Positions 27,869-37,955 of a stretch of 64,000 nucleotides of DNA are shown here, piece by piece. Position numbers and translations under genes: made by a program. Origin of the DNA: Alkalispirochaeta sp. (GTDB taxonomy: Bacteria > Spirochaetota > Spirochaetia > DSM-27196 > Alkalispirochaetaceae); contig OZ271854.1 of NCBI GenBank assembly GCA_965601925.1, positions 4,256,001-4,320,000 on the forward strand, given 5' to 3'. The notes under the pieces are model-generated. The model saw only the letters and a program-made list of their open reading frames with translations, did not search any database and was not told the DNA's origin. How positions within the stretch are numbered: the first letter of the stretch is position 1; the number at the start of each line of letters is the position of its first letter.

Positions 27869-28886
27869 GACCCACCCCTTCGAAACTATGAACGAAATTC
27901 GTTACGCCAGTATATATACCCTCGGTAATCCGGTGCAAGTAATCGTCCTGCTCTAGTCGCAGAAACTCCTCGCGGCTGGTTACGAATCCAATTTCGACGA
28001 GAATCGACGGCATTTTCGCGTTCCGCACCACGTACCAACTCTCCTCGCGCAGACCCCGATTAGGAGAGACCGTTCCGATCGCACTATCGAGGCCCGAGAG
28101 CACGTTGCGCGCCAACAGGACGCTCTCCAGCGTGATCTCTTCTTCGCGCATCGTATTGAGAATCGACAGCAGGTCCGGATCGTTCACACCCACATCGTTG
28201 GCGTCGATAAGGTTGCGCCGCCGGAACTCGGGGGGTAGGAACCACACCTCGAATCCGCTTGCACGGCGATTCAGCGATGCGTTGGCGTGAAGGGAGACGA
28301 AAATGACCGACTCATTCGGCTCCACGTCGATTCGATTGGCACGTGCGGTACGCTCCTCCAGGGTGAGATATACGTCGGTGTTGCGCGACATCACGATCTC
28401 TTTGTCCGGATAGCGCTGCTCGAGCAAAGCTTGCAATCGCAGTCCGACGTCGAGGACGAGATCTTTTTCCTGTAGACGCCGTTCGTCGCCGTCAATGGAA
28501 TGGCTGCCGATCGCCCCGGGGTCGCGCCCCCCGTGCCCCGGATCGATGAAGACGGCGGCAATGCGACGCAGTTGCTCGCGCGGAGGGAATATGCGCACGG
28601 CGAGCGCCAGAAAACCGGCGTCAAAGACGAGAGTGCCGTCCGAACGTCGCGGCGCCGCGATGCGATGGATGCGCGCCAGATTCTCGACCGCGACGGTCTC
28701 ACCGACGCTGAAACTGAGCATACTCGAACCGCGCACCAAGGTACCCTGGGCGCGGTACGGGTCCCACTGCAATACGGAATCGGTGGAGGCGAGTATCTCT
28801 TCCAAATAGACGTCGCCGTCCTGGGCGTACACCGCAAGGCATATCACCACGGATAGGCAAAGCACAATGATTGTCGACCTGATCAC
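27861..28886 (-). CDS. N-acetylmuramoyl-L-alanine amidase, Amidase_3 (AmiC-like)
   Basis: IDPGHGGRDPGA, EKD, SLHANA, ILVEIGF; signal peptide. Confidence 0.93.
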   Translation of the reverse strand: MIRSTIIVLCLSVVICLAVYAQDGDVYLEEILASTDSVLQWDPYRAQGTLVRGSSMLSFSVGETVAVENLARIHRIAAPRRSDGTLVFDAGFLALAVRIFPPREQLRRIAAVFIDPGHGGRDPGAIGSHSIDGDERRLQEKDLVLDVGLRLQALLEQRYPDKEIVMSRNTDVYLTLEERTARANRIDVEPNESVIFVSLHANASLNRRASGFEVWFLPPEFRRRNLIDANDVGVNDPDLLSILNTMREEEITLESVLLARNVLSGLDSAIGTVSPNRGLREESWYVVRNAKMPSILVEIGFVTSREEFLRLEQDDYLHRITEGIYTGVTNFVHSFEGVGRE

Positions 28887-30520
28887 CTTCGTCGCCCCTT
28901 TTCCGCAATCGAATCGAACAGCCCTTCAACGAGCAGGTCGCGAAGATAGACGACACCTTGACGGCCGGCGGCGACAAAGGCTCGCCAGAAAACCGTGCCC
29001 AAGGCATCGTCTCCGCGACTCGGCTCGATCGTCCCCGACGCCGATAGACTCGCGAGAACCGCCGCCGCTTCTCCCACGGGTTGGAGTCGGATCAGATCTT
29101 CGCCCCACGGCCTCTCGGGCCCCGCGGAGACACGTACCGGAAGCGGTGCACCCCTCCGTACCCGGGCGGAAATCCGCGAAAGATCGCCGTAATAGGCGCT
29201 CGTCTCCATTCCGGCGGCATCGCGATCCTTCCACCGATAACGAGCGTACGGTCCTTGCGACGTTCCGAACAGAAACGCGTCGGTCGACGGATCGCCGGGA
29301 CGCAGTCGCACGTCTATTTTTTCCAAAAATTCGATCGCCGTACGCTCGGCCTCGTCCCTCGTATCCGCGCATGCGATAACGTTCGCCACCTTCTCGACAT
29401 TGTTGGTCGGCGGCGCCACGACGTCTCCGGCCGCGCGATGGACGAAGAGTTCCTCGACGCCGTCGGGGCGCGCATCGGGGATCGAGATACCCTCGATGCA
29501 TCCGGGCGCGGAAATCAACGCCCGTTCCACGGCAATACGGCTCCACCGTGGGCGGAACTCTTCGGTAGCGAGAGCTTCTCCCAAGGCCACGCGCAGGCCG
29601 AGGCGCGTCAGGCGCACCCCCGATGAGGCCGGATACGTCCACCCCGACATGAAACCGCCGGAAAGACGCGCCGCAATCTCGCCGACGACTCCCTCTGGCC
29701 GGCCCTTGTCGTCGGTGGTGAGAAATATGTCGCCTTTCGCCGCACCGTGATCGATACCGAGGGCGCGAATACCGGCGCGGAAGGTCTCTTCCAACGCCCC
29801 ACGATCGGCCTCATCGAGGGTCGCCGGAATCGTGTGGCCCAACTCGACGAACCACGGCTCGAAGTAGATGTGCCGCTCGGCGATACCGGTAATGATGATC
29901 TTACCGTGAAACACGATCGCATCGAGACTAAACTCGGATCCGCCGATGCGCTCCTCGATAATGACTCGTCCACTTCGCGAAATCGTGCGTGCCGCACTCA
30001 CGGCATCGACGAGAGACGCCCGATCGTCGGCACGCCGGACGCCGCGGGCGCCCATACTATCGACCGGTTTGCATACCAGCGGCAGACCGAACTCGGCGAC
30101 GATCTCCTCCAGAACCGAGGCCTCCTCTGAGACCGTAAGGGCGGACTCAATTACACGGAACCGCGGCACCCGCACTCCGGCGGCGGCGAGACGCGCGCGC
30201 ATGCGCCCCTTATCGGTCGCGTCCAGACTCGTCTCGAAGGGAATACCCGGAAGGCCCAACGCCTCGCTTATCCACGCCACGCTCGCCGAGAAGTCGGTTC
30301 CGGCGGTGAAGACGGCGTTCAGATTCCCGATGGTGCGCGCTTGTTCCAGAAGCGCGTCACGATCGCGCAGATCGATGTGGTAAAAGTGGTCGACGGAGGT
30401 TACGCCGCGACATCGGGCGTTTCCGTCGGCCATGTGCACCTCCAAATCGAGATCGCGGGCCTCGCGGATTGCGGGCATCTGCATCGTGCCGCCGCCGAGA
30501 ATAAGCACCGCTCGTTTCAT
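28883..30520 (-). CDS. ATP-grasp domain protein (carboxylate-amine ligase family)
   Basis: LGGG.MQ, DK..MR, KPVDSMGARGV, EE.I.G.EFS, EIAARLSGG. Confidence 0.88.
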   Translation of the reverse strand: MKRAVLILGGGTMQMPAIREARDLDLEVHMADGNARCRGVTSVDHFYHIDLRDRDALLEQARTIGNLNAVFTAGTDFSASVAWISEALGLPGIPFETSLDATDKGRMRARLAAAGVRVPRFRVIESALTVSEEASVLEEIVAEFGLPLVCKPVDSMGARGVRRADDRASLVDAVSAARTISRSGRVIIEERIGGSEFSLDAIVFHGKIIITGIAERHIYFEPWFVELGHTIPATLDEADRGALEETFRAGIRALGIDHGAAKGDIFLTTDDKGRPEGVVGEIAARLSGGFMSGWTYPASSGVRLTRLGLRVALGEALATEEFRPRWSRIAVERALISAPGCIEGISIPDARPDGVEELFVHRAAGDVVAPPTNNVEKVANVIACADTRDEAERTAIEFLEKIDVRLRPGDPSTDAFLFGTSQGPYARYRWKDRDAAGMETSAYYGDLSRISARVRRGAPLPVRVSAGPERPWGEDLIRLQPVGEAAAVLASLSASGTIEPSRGDDALGTVFWRAFVAAGRQGVVYLRDLLVEGLFDSIAEKGRRR

Positions 30521-32274
30521 CGGTCACGCTCCGCAACGACCTCGAAGGTGTCGCCCAAACCGAGGAGACGGGAGACGCCGCCCAACAGTGCTCGCCGCGC
30601 ACCGCGCCCCTGCTCACCTCTACCACCAAACGGAATACCGAAGCGCTCGGGGTGGTGACCGGTGACGTGAACGGCACGCACGGAAAATCCGGCGCGTTTG
30701 AGAACGGTGCGCGCCGACTGCGGGTCGAGAATCGTATAGTGGTCCTGAGGGCTGCGTCGAAAAAATTCACGGCGATTTCGTATGGCCGAGATACCGCGTC
30801 CGTTCGGAGTCGAGAACGAGAAAAGACCGCCGGGCCGCACGAGATCCGCAATGCGACGCAATAAACGATCGAGGTCGGGGAAGTGCTCGATGACGTACCA
30901 CATCGTTACGATGTCGAACGGAGCGCCGAAAACGGACGGATCGATCGTGAGGATGTCACCCTGAAACGCCGTGTGACCGAGCGTGTCGCGCACGTACGCA
31001 ACGGCCTCCTCGGAGATATCGATTCCCGTGACGAGGCAGCCGGTCTCCGTCGCAGCGCTAAGAAAAGGACCGTAGGCGCAGCCGATATCCAGCAGCCGCG
31101 GCGCGGTTTCCGTGCCCGACCGGTATCGCTTGAGCAACCGGGCCATACGATTCGTCCCCATATCCCGAATGTGATCGAAGTCCTCCAGGTACGTGCGCCC
31201 GTATTGATCACGATACTCCGAAAAAAAGTAGTCGTGATCGTACTCGGTCGCCTCTCCGCCGAACCGCTGCATGTAGACGAGGCCGTTGTGCGAGTCACGG
31301 AAAAATGTACGTTCGGCGAACCGTTCGAGCGCCGGCTGCCACCGCTCGCTACCGGTCGGCGTATCGAACCGTTCGGGACCGGCGAGGGCGTTAATCGCCG
31401 CGACGAGACTACTGCGACCCGTCGGTCTGATGCGTTCGCATCGCTCAACCACGCGCCCCGGCTGAGCCAAGAGTCTTACTACTCCCGCGGCGTTCCTCGC
31501 CTGAAGAAATCCGGCCGCAGCGGCGAGCCGACGATGGTACACCGTCGGGTTAAGCAGAACGACCGGCACTCGTGCCCAAAGCGCCTCGTACGCCGTCAAT
31601 CCGTAGTGCGTGATCACTACATCGTAGCGATGGAGCTTCTCGGCGAGATCACCGAGAGCGCGGAGACGCCGCACGCCCGGCGGCGTTTCCACGGCGTGGG
31701 GTGTCGCGATGGTGACCTCAAAACCTTCCGACGAGAGCCGCTTCACCACCTTATATGCGGAGTCCGAGACCGCTTCGCCGCCGGAGGCGACGAGAACGGT
31801 GTTGATACGCTCCGGCCAAGCGTCGCGAACCGCTTCGGGAAGGTGCAGGAGACCGATGTCGTGGAGATTCGGTCGCGCGAGTCCCGCCGGCGTCCGCAAC
31901 GTATCGATGAGGTACGAGCAATAGCGGCGCGCCTCGCCGGCGAGATCGATACCCACGACTAACCCGGCGGTATCGAGTTCCCGGAGCTCTTCCAACGTAG
32001 CCTCGCGTCGATCGACGATCACCAAGTCGTACGGTCCAGACGGTCGATCGATCCAGCGCACCGGAATAGCGGGATCACCGATCAACTGCAACGCCTCGGC
32101 GCGATCGTAGTGTCCCGGCGCGGACGCGGCGGGAAGAAGCCACTCTATCGTGCCGCCGAGTTCCCGTGCGACGCGTGCGCAACGGTGGAGGTGCCCGCTT
32201 CCGTGGCCCACGCGATGCTCGGCTACGATGAGCGAGGTTCTATGCGCTGCTGCGTTGCTGTTGGTGGTGACCAT
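30517..32274 (-). CDS. PseG/SpsG-like GT-B domain fused to class I SAM-dependent methyltransferase
   Basis: G.GHL.RC N-terminus, GLTAYEA; C-terminal LLDIGCAYG, FDIVTMWYVIEH, PGG.F.FSTPN. Confidence 0.82.
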   Translation of the reverse strand: MVTTNSNAAAHRTSLIVAEHRVGHGSGHLHRCARVARELGGTIEWLLPAASAPGHYDRAEALQLIGDPAIPVRWIDRPSGPYDLVIVDRREATLEELRELDTAGLVVGIDLAGEARRYCSYLIDTLRTPAGLARPNLHDIGLLHLPEAVRDAWPERINTVLVASGGEAVSDSAYKVVKRLSSEGFEVTIATPHAVETPPGVRRLRALGDLAEKLHRYDVVITHYGLTAYEALWARVPVVLLNPTVYHRRLAAAAGFLQARNAAGVVRLLAQPGRVVERCERIRPTGRSSLVAAINALAGPERFDTPTGSERWQPALERFAERTFFRDSHNGLVYMQRFGGEATEYDHDYFFSEYRDQYGRTYLEDFDHIRDMGTNRMARLLKRYRSGTETAPRLLDIGCAYGPFLSAATETGCLVTGIDISEEAVAYVRDTLGHTAFQGDILTIDPSVFGAPFDIVTMWYVIEHFPDLDRLLRRIADLVRPGGLFSFSTPNGRGISAIRNRREFFRRSPQDHYTILDPQSARTVLKRAGFSVRAVHVTGHHPERFGIPFGGRGEQGRGARRALLGGVSRLLGLGDTFEVVAERDR

Positions 32275-32929
32275 ACGCTACGAGTTCGGGCAACTCTATG
32301 GGGCGGCCCTTATAGAGAGCGCGAAAGATATCGGCAATGTATTGGTAATCATCGGCGGTATCAAGGGTGACCCGCATCTCGGGGAACCGCGTGCGGGGGG
32401 AAGTCCGGCGCACGACCACCTTGTACCGTTCGGGACGGCGATAGACGCCCGGCGTAACGTGTTCCCGCTCGTAGCGATCGGGACCGCGGGAGAGCACGCC
32501 TTCAAGGGCCCGGGTGAGCACTACCTCGACGCCGGTACCGTAGGGCGTATCGGTGATTCCCGCGTAGTCGGCGTGCGAGGTCTCCTGCAGGCGCAACGCC
32601 TCACGGGCGGCGGAGGCCGAAACGAGCGGGTTGTCACCGGTCGCACGAATCACGCGATCCACGGAGTAGCGCTCGGCAGCGTCGCAGAATCGCTTCAGGA
32701 CGTTATCCCGATCGCCGGAGAATACGCCGTAACCGCATCGATCGGCGAGCGGCGCCAGCCGCGGGGCGCTCGCCTCGTCGGTGACTAAGATATACTCATC
32801 GACGGGAAGGGGGGCGAGCGCCTCCATCGCGTGTACGATGGCCTCTTTTCCTTCCAACGGAAGCAGCGCCTTCTCGGGTAACCGAGTGGAGGCGAGTCGC
32901 ACCTGGAGAAATACCGCCGTCCTATACAT
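32240..32929 (-). CDS. SpsF-like cytidylyltransferase
   Basis: QVRLASTRLPEKAL, NVLKRF, RATGDNP, REHVT, RVTLDT.DD. Confidence 0.9.
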   Translation of the reverse strand: MYRTAVFLQVRLASTRLPEKALLPLEGKEAIVHAMEALAPLPVDEYILVTDEASAPRLAPLADRCGYGVFSGDRDNVLKRFCDAAERYSVDRVIRATGDNPLVSASAAREALRLQETSHADYAGITDTPYGTGVEVVLTRALEGVLSRGPDRYEREHVTPGVYRRPERYKVVVRRTSPRTRFPEMRVTLDTADDYQYIADIFRALYKGRPIELPELVAYGHHQQQRSSA

Positions 32930-33872
32930 AGTCTACGCTCCATTCTTCTACGACCGAGCGGGGGTCGCGCATGAATCGGTCGCGGTTCGTGCGGACCCAG
33001 TCGCCGGCCCCGCGAAAAAGACGCACAGTTCGAGAGAATCCCATACCCGAACGGAGGGCAAATCCGAACGCCTGGATGGGAGGAATCCGCCCCACCCCGT
33101 CGGCGAGACGAACCGCGAGATTCTTGGCGTAGAAGCGCGCATATCCGCGATCGCCCGTCTGATCTTCCGGTTCCGGCATGCTACGGTAGTTCATTCTAAA
33201 CGATGAAAGGGCGTAGATGCGCCCGCCCCACAGGTAGGTGCGAAATCCGAAATCGAGCTTCTGCCAGAATGCGTTCTCGATCTCCTCGTCAAACCCGCCG
33301 TGAGCAAGAAATCGTCTACGATCGTAGAGCGCTACGAAGTCGAACGGGGTGAGCGTCTCGACCCGATCGCCTCTGAGGGGCAGCGCCAGCACGCGCAGGG
33401 CCTTTCGTTGGAGCGCCGGGGCCTGTACGGTCGGCAACGCCTCGCCCCGCTCCCCGCGCAACAACGGCGCAACGCACGGCACGTGATCGGCGGCCAGCTC
33501 CCGACGTGCTCGATCGAGTCCGCCGGGCGGATCCATCGTCGACCACATAACCAGCACCGTTTTCGCCGTGGCGTGCTCCATCGCCAAATTAATACGAGCG
33601 CCGATATTGAGCTCTCGATTGAGAAGGATGAACCGCACCTGGGGAAACTCTCGCGTCAGCGACTCGACGGTGTAGGAGTGTTGTTGAGCCTCGACGGAGA
33701 CTACCTCGCGAAACCCGGCGGCGACGATGTCGCGAATGAGTTCGCGCCGCAGCAGCCGGGAGCTTCGACTTAAAAGTATAATCCCGTCCCCCTCCGCGGG
33801 AGACTCCGGCCTTGCCGGGCCGACGATTGTGTACCGCTCGTCGGGATCACGCATTGAACGTATAGAACTCAT
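32922..33872 (-). CDS. Hypothetical protein, degenerate GT2-like fold
   Basis: FPQVRFI..., GGFDE.I....W..LDFG.R....G motifs; ATG at 33872 overlapping upstream gene. Confidence 0.7.
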   Translation of the reverse strand: MSSIRSMRDPDERYTIVGPARPESPAEGDGIILLSRSSRLLRRELIRDIVAAGFREVVSVEAQQHSYTVESLTREFPQVRFILLNRELNIGARINLAMEHATAKTVLVMWSTMDPPGGLDRARRELAADHVPCVAPLLRGERGEALPTVQAPALQRKALRVLALPLRGDRVETLTPFDFVALYDRRRFLAHGGFDEEIENAFWQKLDFGFRTYLWGGRIYALSSFRMNYRSMPEPEDQTGDRGYARFYAKNLAVRLADGVGRIPPIQAFGFALRSGMGFSRTVRLFRGAGDWVRTNRDRFMRDPRSVVEEWSVDYV

Positions 33873-35421
33873 CGCATCTCTTACACATTTCCGGCAAGAC
33901 ACCGCCGACGTGGTCGAGATATTCGGCGGCCGCACGATCCCACACCTCGTCCGGTGCCTCCCGGAGAATCGAACCGCGGCGCGCCTCTTTATCCAAGTCC
34001 TGAAAGCATCGCGGCACGACGCCGTCGACCAAAATCACCATGTCGCGTTGGAGGTGGCGACAGGCGTTACGCTCGAGGGGCGAAAAATCGGCGACTTTCC
34101 GGTCCGGTAGACGCCCCGCCCACGAGTTGTACTTCTGTATGAGCGGCTCGACACCCTCGGTCGCGTCCCATCGCTTGAAGAAATCCTGCAACTCCCACTC
34201 GTTCTCCACCATACGCGTTCCCTGGACGTAGACGCGACCCGGCATGGTAACGGCAAGCCGTTCAATGGTCGCGAGCGCCTCCTCGTACCCCACTCCCCGT
34301 AATGCCCGATAGCGGGTCTCGTCAATGGCATCGAGCTCGACGATTACCGCCTCGACCGGACTTTCGGCAAGCGCCGCGAGCGCGTCCGCAGTCCAGCCGA
34401 CGCCGGCGGTCTCTACGTACAGCGTCAATCCCGGGTAACGTGCGACCTCGGCGATGCACTCCGCTATGGCGGGATGGAGGGCCGGCTCGCCGCGATATCC
34501 GATGGCGATCGTCGCCTCCGGCGTCCACTCGGCAAGGCGCGCAAGGACGGCTTTCCACGTATCGAGGTCCATATGAGTTCCCTCACCGGGAGGATCGGGA
34601 GCCCACCGCGCGTCGCTCCACGGCGTATAAGACGGACGTTGCACCATCTCGGTGGTAATCTGCACATAATAATAGTATGGAAGTGTCCGCCCTACGTCGG
34701 GTGCCCGCATGAGTTCGGCCAAAAGCGGAATGCCGCGGTCGTGATAGCGCTCGCGTGTCGGGTCGGGCTCCTTTCCCGACTCACCCGTATCGGCCGCCCC
34801 ACGCTCGACCAACCGCCGGCAAAGAAGATAGTTCTGACGCGTATCGACGGTGAGAGATAGGCGTAGAAGTGCATAGTCTTCCGTCGCCGCCTCCGTCTCG
34901 ACATCGAATGCATTAATATCGCGGCTCAAGGCGTCGAAGAGAATTGTGCGGGTCCATTCGAGCGCGCCGGACGCGGCCAAAGACGAGAGCGCCGCCAGCG
35001 CGTCGCGGCGGAGAACCTCCGGTGCATATCCGGTCGGAAAGCCGTCGGCAAAGGTGTAGTCGCACCACGACTGTTCGTGGAGACGTACCAGGTAGCGCGT
35101 CAACTCAACATCGAAAAAGGGAGCGTCGAGGGCCACCCATATGACCGCGGCGTCGCCGGTCGGAAGATGTGCATCGAGACGTGCCAGTGCGGCCGTCGCC
35201 GACGCCTCACGCGGCACCGCAAGACGTGTCCATTCCGCCGGTATATCGGGCAGCGCCGTCTCGTCGTCCTCGCGATACAACAACGAGATTGATTCGAGCG
35301 CGCAGACCGCCCGCAGGCGTTCTATGCGGAGCATAAGAGTGTCCAGAGGCGTACGGCCGTCGGGAAACGCGACGGTAAGATACGGGCTTACGCGCGGGGC
35401 AGCAACGACAAGATGATACAT
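33847..35421 (-). CDS. spiro-SPASM protein (cytidylyltransferase-like + degenerate radical SAM + SPASM)
   Basis: DYTFADGFPTGYAPE, DINAFDVET, GEP..HP, C-terminal CRHLQRD...C.QD...CKRCDE; start uncertain. Confidence 0.85.
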   Translation of the reverse strand: MYHLVVAAPRVSPYLTVAFPDGRTPLDTLMLRIERLRAVCALESISLLYREDDETALPDIPAEWTRLAVPREASATAALARLDAHLPTGDAAVIWVALDAPFFDVELTRYLVRLHEQSWCDYTFADGFPTGYAPEVLRRDALAALSSLAASGALEWTRTILFDALSRDINAFDVETEAATEDYALLRLSLTVDTRQNYLLCRRLVERGAADTGESGKEPDPTRERYHDRGIPLLAELMRAPDVGRTLPYYYYVQITTEMVQRPSYTPWSDARWAPDPPGEGTHMDLDTWKAVLARLAEWTPEATIAIGYRGEPALHPAIAECIAEVARYPGLTLYVETAGVGWTADALAALAESPVEAVIVELDAIDETRYRALRGVGYEEALATIERLAVTMPGRVYVQGTRMVENEWELQDFFKRWDATEGVEPLIQKYNSWAGRLPDRKVADFSPLERNACRHLQRDMVILVDGVVPRCFQDLDKEARRGSILREAPDEVWDRAAAEYLDHVGGVLPEMCKRCDEFYTFNA

Positions 35422-35480
35422 CTCAATAACTGTATCGACAGGGCTTGAGCGTGTCATGAGCCTCGGGTTAGCCTCTCGCA

Positions 35481-36674
35481 ATGCAGACCGAGGCGGTGTT
35501 ACAGGTATCGGAGCTCACCCGCGCCATCAAATCGATTCTGGAGCAGGGCTTTCCGCGCGTCGTCGTGGAGGGCGAGGTCTCCAACTTTCGTCCGTCGTCG
35601 ACGGGGCACTGGTACTTCACGCTGAAAGACGCCGAGACGGCGATTCAATGCGTCATGTTCAAGAGCGGCACCTCGTCGGTGAGCGTTCGTCCCGCCGACG
35701 GTGATCTGCTGCGCGTTCACGCGTCGGTAAGCGTCTACGCCCGCCGGGGAGCGTACCAGCTCGTCGTGCGGTCCATGGAACACGCCGGAACGGGTCGCAT
35801 CCTGGAGCTGTTGGAGGAGCGCAAACGCGTCTTGGCGGCCGAGGGTCTGTTCGACCGCGAGCGACCGCTCCCGAAGTTTCCCCGCACCGTGGCGATCGTC
35901 ACCTCCCCGACCGGCGCGGCGATCCGCGACGTGCTCCAGGTACTCGAACGGCGGGGCGCGCCGGTGACCGTCCGCGTCATTCCGGTACCCGTCCAGGGAT
36001 CGGAAGCGGCTCCTCGCATCGCCCGCGCGGTCCGATACGCCGGTACACACCGTCTCGGAGAGGTGATCGTGCTGACTCGGGGCGGCGGTTCGCTCGAGGA
36101 TCTCCTCCCCTTCAGCGACGAAGAGGTCGTCCGCGCCGTGGCGGAAAGCGCGGTTCCGACTATCTCGGCGATCGGCCACGAGGTGGATTGGGCGCTCACC
36201 GACTATGCGGCGGACCGGCGCGCTCCTACGCCGTCGGCCGCAGCGGAGGTCGTGTCGGCTCGGGGATCGGAGGTCGCCGAACGCATCGCTCGCGCAGGAT
36301 CGGAGGTCGTTGAGACCTACCTGCACCGCGTACGGAATCTTACCCTTCGCGCCGAACGGTGCGGCGAGGACGAGATCAGATATCGATTCAGAAATCTGAT
36401 GCAACCGTGGTATCAACGGTTTGACGAGGCGACGCAGGTCGTCCGCGACGCCATGAAAGGGCGTCTCATGACGCTGCGTTCCACCCTGGATATCGCACAC
36501 GAAGGCATTCGGGGCGCGTCGCCTTTTCTGGCGTTGGAGCGCGGTTACGTCATCGTGCGCGACGAGGAGGGTCAGGGGATCGTGACGAGAGCCGGTGATA
36601 CGCGCTCCGGACAACGCCTGAGCGCGCAATTCTTCGACGGGACGATTCGTGTAGAAAGGACGACCGATGAGTGA
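35481..36674 (+). CDS. xseA: Exodeoxyribonuclease VII large subunit
   Basis: GEVSNF...GH.YFTLKD, TSPTGAAIRD, RGGGS.EDL..F, IGHE.D, PTPSAAAE. Confidence 0.96.
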   Translation: MQTEAVLQVSELTRAIKSILEQGFPRVVVEGEVSNFRPSSTGHWYFTLKDAETAIQCVMFKSGTSSVSVRPADGDLLRVHASVSVYARRGAYQLVVRSMEHAGTGRILELLEERKRVLAAEGLFDRERPLPKFPRTVAIVTSPTGAAIRDVLQVLERRGAPVTVRVIPVPVQGSEAAPRIARAVRYAGTHRLGEVIVLTRGGGSLEDLLPFSDEEVVRAVAESAVPTISAIGHEVDWALTDYAADRRAPTPSAAAEVVSARGSEVAERIARAGSEVVETYLHRVRNLTLRAERCGEDEIRYRFRNLMQPWYQRFDEATQVVRDAMKGRLMTLRSTLDIAHEGIRGASPFLALERGYVIVRDEEGQGIVTRAGDTRSGQRLSAQFFDGTIRVERTTDE

Positions 36675-36909
36675 TTTCGAGACGCGCCTGGAGCGCTTGG
36701 AGGAGATCGCGGAACGACTTCGCGACGGTACGGTGAAAATCGATGAGGCTTCAACACTCTTTGAGGAGGGCGTTCGTCTCGCAAAACGGCTCGACGGAGA
36801 GCTGCGTAAGCTGGAACGCCGCGTCGAGATTCTCGCCAATGAACCGACCGAAGAGAATGAGACTCCCGTATTGGAACTCTTTCCCGAACTCGGCGGCGGC
36901 GACGAGTAA
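36667..36909 (+). CDS. xseB: Exodeoxyribonuclease VII small subunit
   Basis: FE..L..LEEI...L, FEEG..L; follows xseA. Confidence 0.93.
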   Translation: MSDFETRLERLEEIAERLRDGTVKIDEASTLFEEGVRLAKRLDGELRKLERRVEILANEPTEENETPVLELFPELGGGDE

Positions 36910-36922
36910 GCGTCTCCGCGGA

Positions 36923-37360
36923 CTACCGGAACGACGAGACGTCGATACGATCTCCCGGAACGATGCCGAGCTCGTCGAAGCGACCGCGATTGACCTCAAG
37001 CGCGTAGCGCGCCGGAGAGCGCGACCGTACCGGTTCCAGTGAAAACGGCTCCATGTCGTGAATTTCGAGAATACGACCGTCGGCGTCGATATAGGCGATA
37101 CTCAGCGGAATGCGGGTATCCCTCATCCAAAAGCTCCGCGGTCGTGAGTCGGGAAAGACGAACAGCATTCCCTCGTCCGCGCCGAGCGTCTCGCGAAACA
37201 TAAGCCCCCGCTGCCACTCCTCTTCGGTACGCGCCAACTCGACGAAGAACGGGTGTTCCCCTACGATGAGCTCTACGCGCCGTTCGTCGGCGTCGCAACC
37301 GGCAATCGCAATCGCGGACGCAATCACGAGAGACAACGCCATCATCACGGATCGCCTCAT
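36923..37360 (-). CDS. DUF192 family lipoprotein
   Basis: AIAIAG-C lipobox; RGLMFR, GMLFVF, FWMRDT.IPL, YALEVN.G; start overlaps upstream TAA. Confidence 0.88.
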   Translation of the reverse strand: MRRSVMMALSLVIASAIAIAGCDADERRVELIVGEHPFFVELARTEEEWQRGLMFRETLGADEGMLFVFPDSRPRSFWMRDTRIPLSIAYIDADGRILEIHDMEPFSLEPVRSRSPARYALEVNRGRFDELGIVPGDRIDVSSFR

Positions 37361-37911
37361 TAAAACTCCTCGAGAAACTGCTCGCGCGCGATATCGTCGG
37401 CCGCTTCCAGAGCCCTCTCGGCTCCGCGGCGCGTCTCGAATACGGCGAGATCGAGGTATCGTACCGTAAGAGGCCGCTCCAACTCTATCCGGGTCGTCTC
37501 GTCCTCCCAGAAGGCGCGTTGCGGATCCAGGTCGATCGGATCGCCGTAGCGCGCGCGCAGCTGCTCGAAGAGCTGAAAATAGTCGAGCCGATCGCGATTG
37601 ATGTACAGCGCCATCGTATACAGTCGACCGTCGGCGAATTGAAAGAGTCCACGATCGACGAACACGCGTCCCCGGGAGTCGATCACCGTCTGCCCGTCGG
37701 ACAAACGAAGAGAGACGTCGGCCGGTCCGCGATACGCGAAGGCGGTATCGGCGAGCAGTCGCTCTTCTACCTCTTCGAAGGGCGCACCCAATCGTATCTC
37801 GCGGAACCCCCTCCGCAGCGCCGCCTCGCGATCCTGCGCCACAACCCGGCCGACCGGTATTACGGCAAGACCGATGAGACATAGACAGATTACGATTCGA
37901 CTTCCTCTCAT
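37360..37911 (-). CDS. Hypothetical exported protein
   Basis: Signal peptide MRGSRIVICLCLIGLAVIPVG..VAQ; L..RYGDP motif. Confidence 0.7.
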   Translation of the reverse strand: MRGSRIVICLCLIGLAVIPVGRVVAQDREAALRRGFREIRLGAPFEEVEERLLADTAFAYRGPADVSLRLSDGQTVIDSRGRVFVDRGLFQFADGRLYTMALYINRDRLDYFQLFEQLRARYGDPIDLDPQRAFWEDETTRIELERPLTVRYLDLAVFETRRGAERALEAADDIAREQFLEEF

Positions 37912-37955
37912 GGTATCTGGTATCGGCACGACGCAACTTCCACTATACTCCTCCC

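Noticed and set aside
35499..36839. 446-aa minus-strand ORF
   Set aside because: Antisense to xseAB; typical high-GC shadow ORF
37361..37936. N-terminal extension of the 36923..37936 ORF
   Set aside because: Overlaps the real 37360..37911 gene; the DUF192 protein starts at 37360
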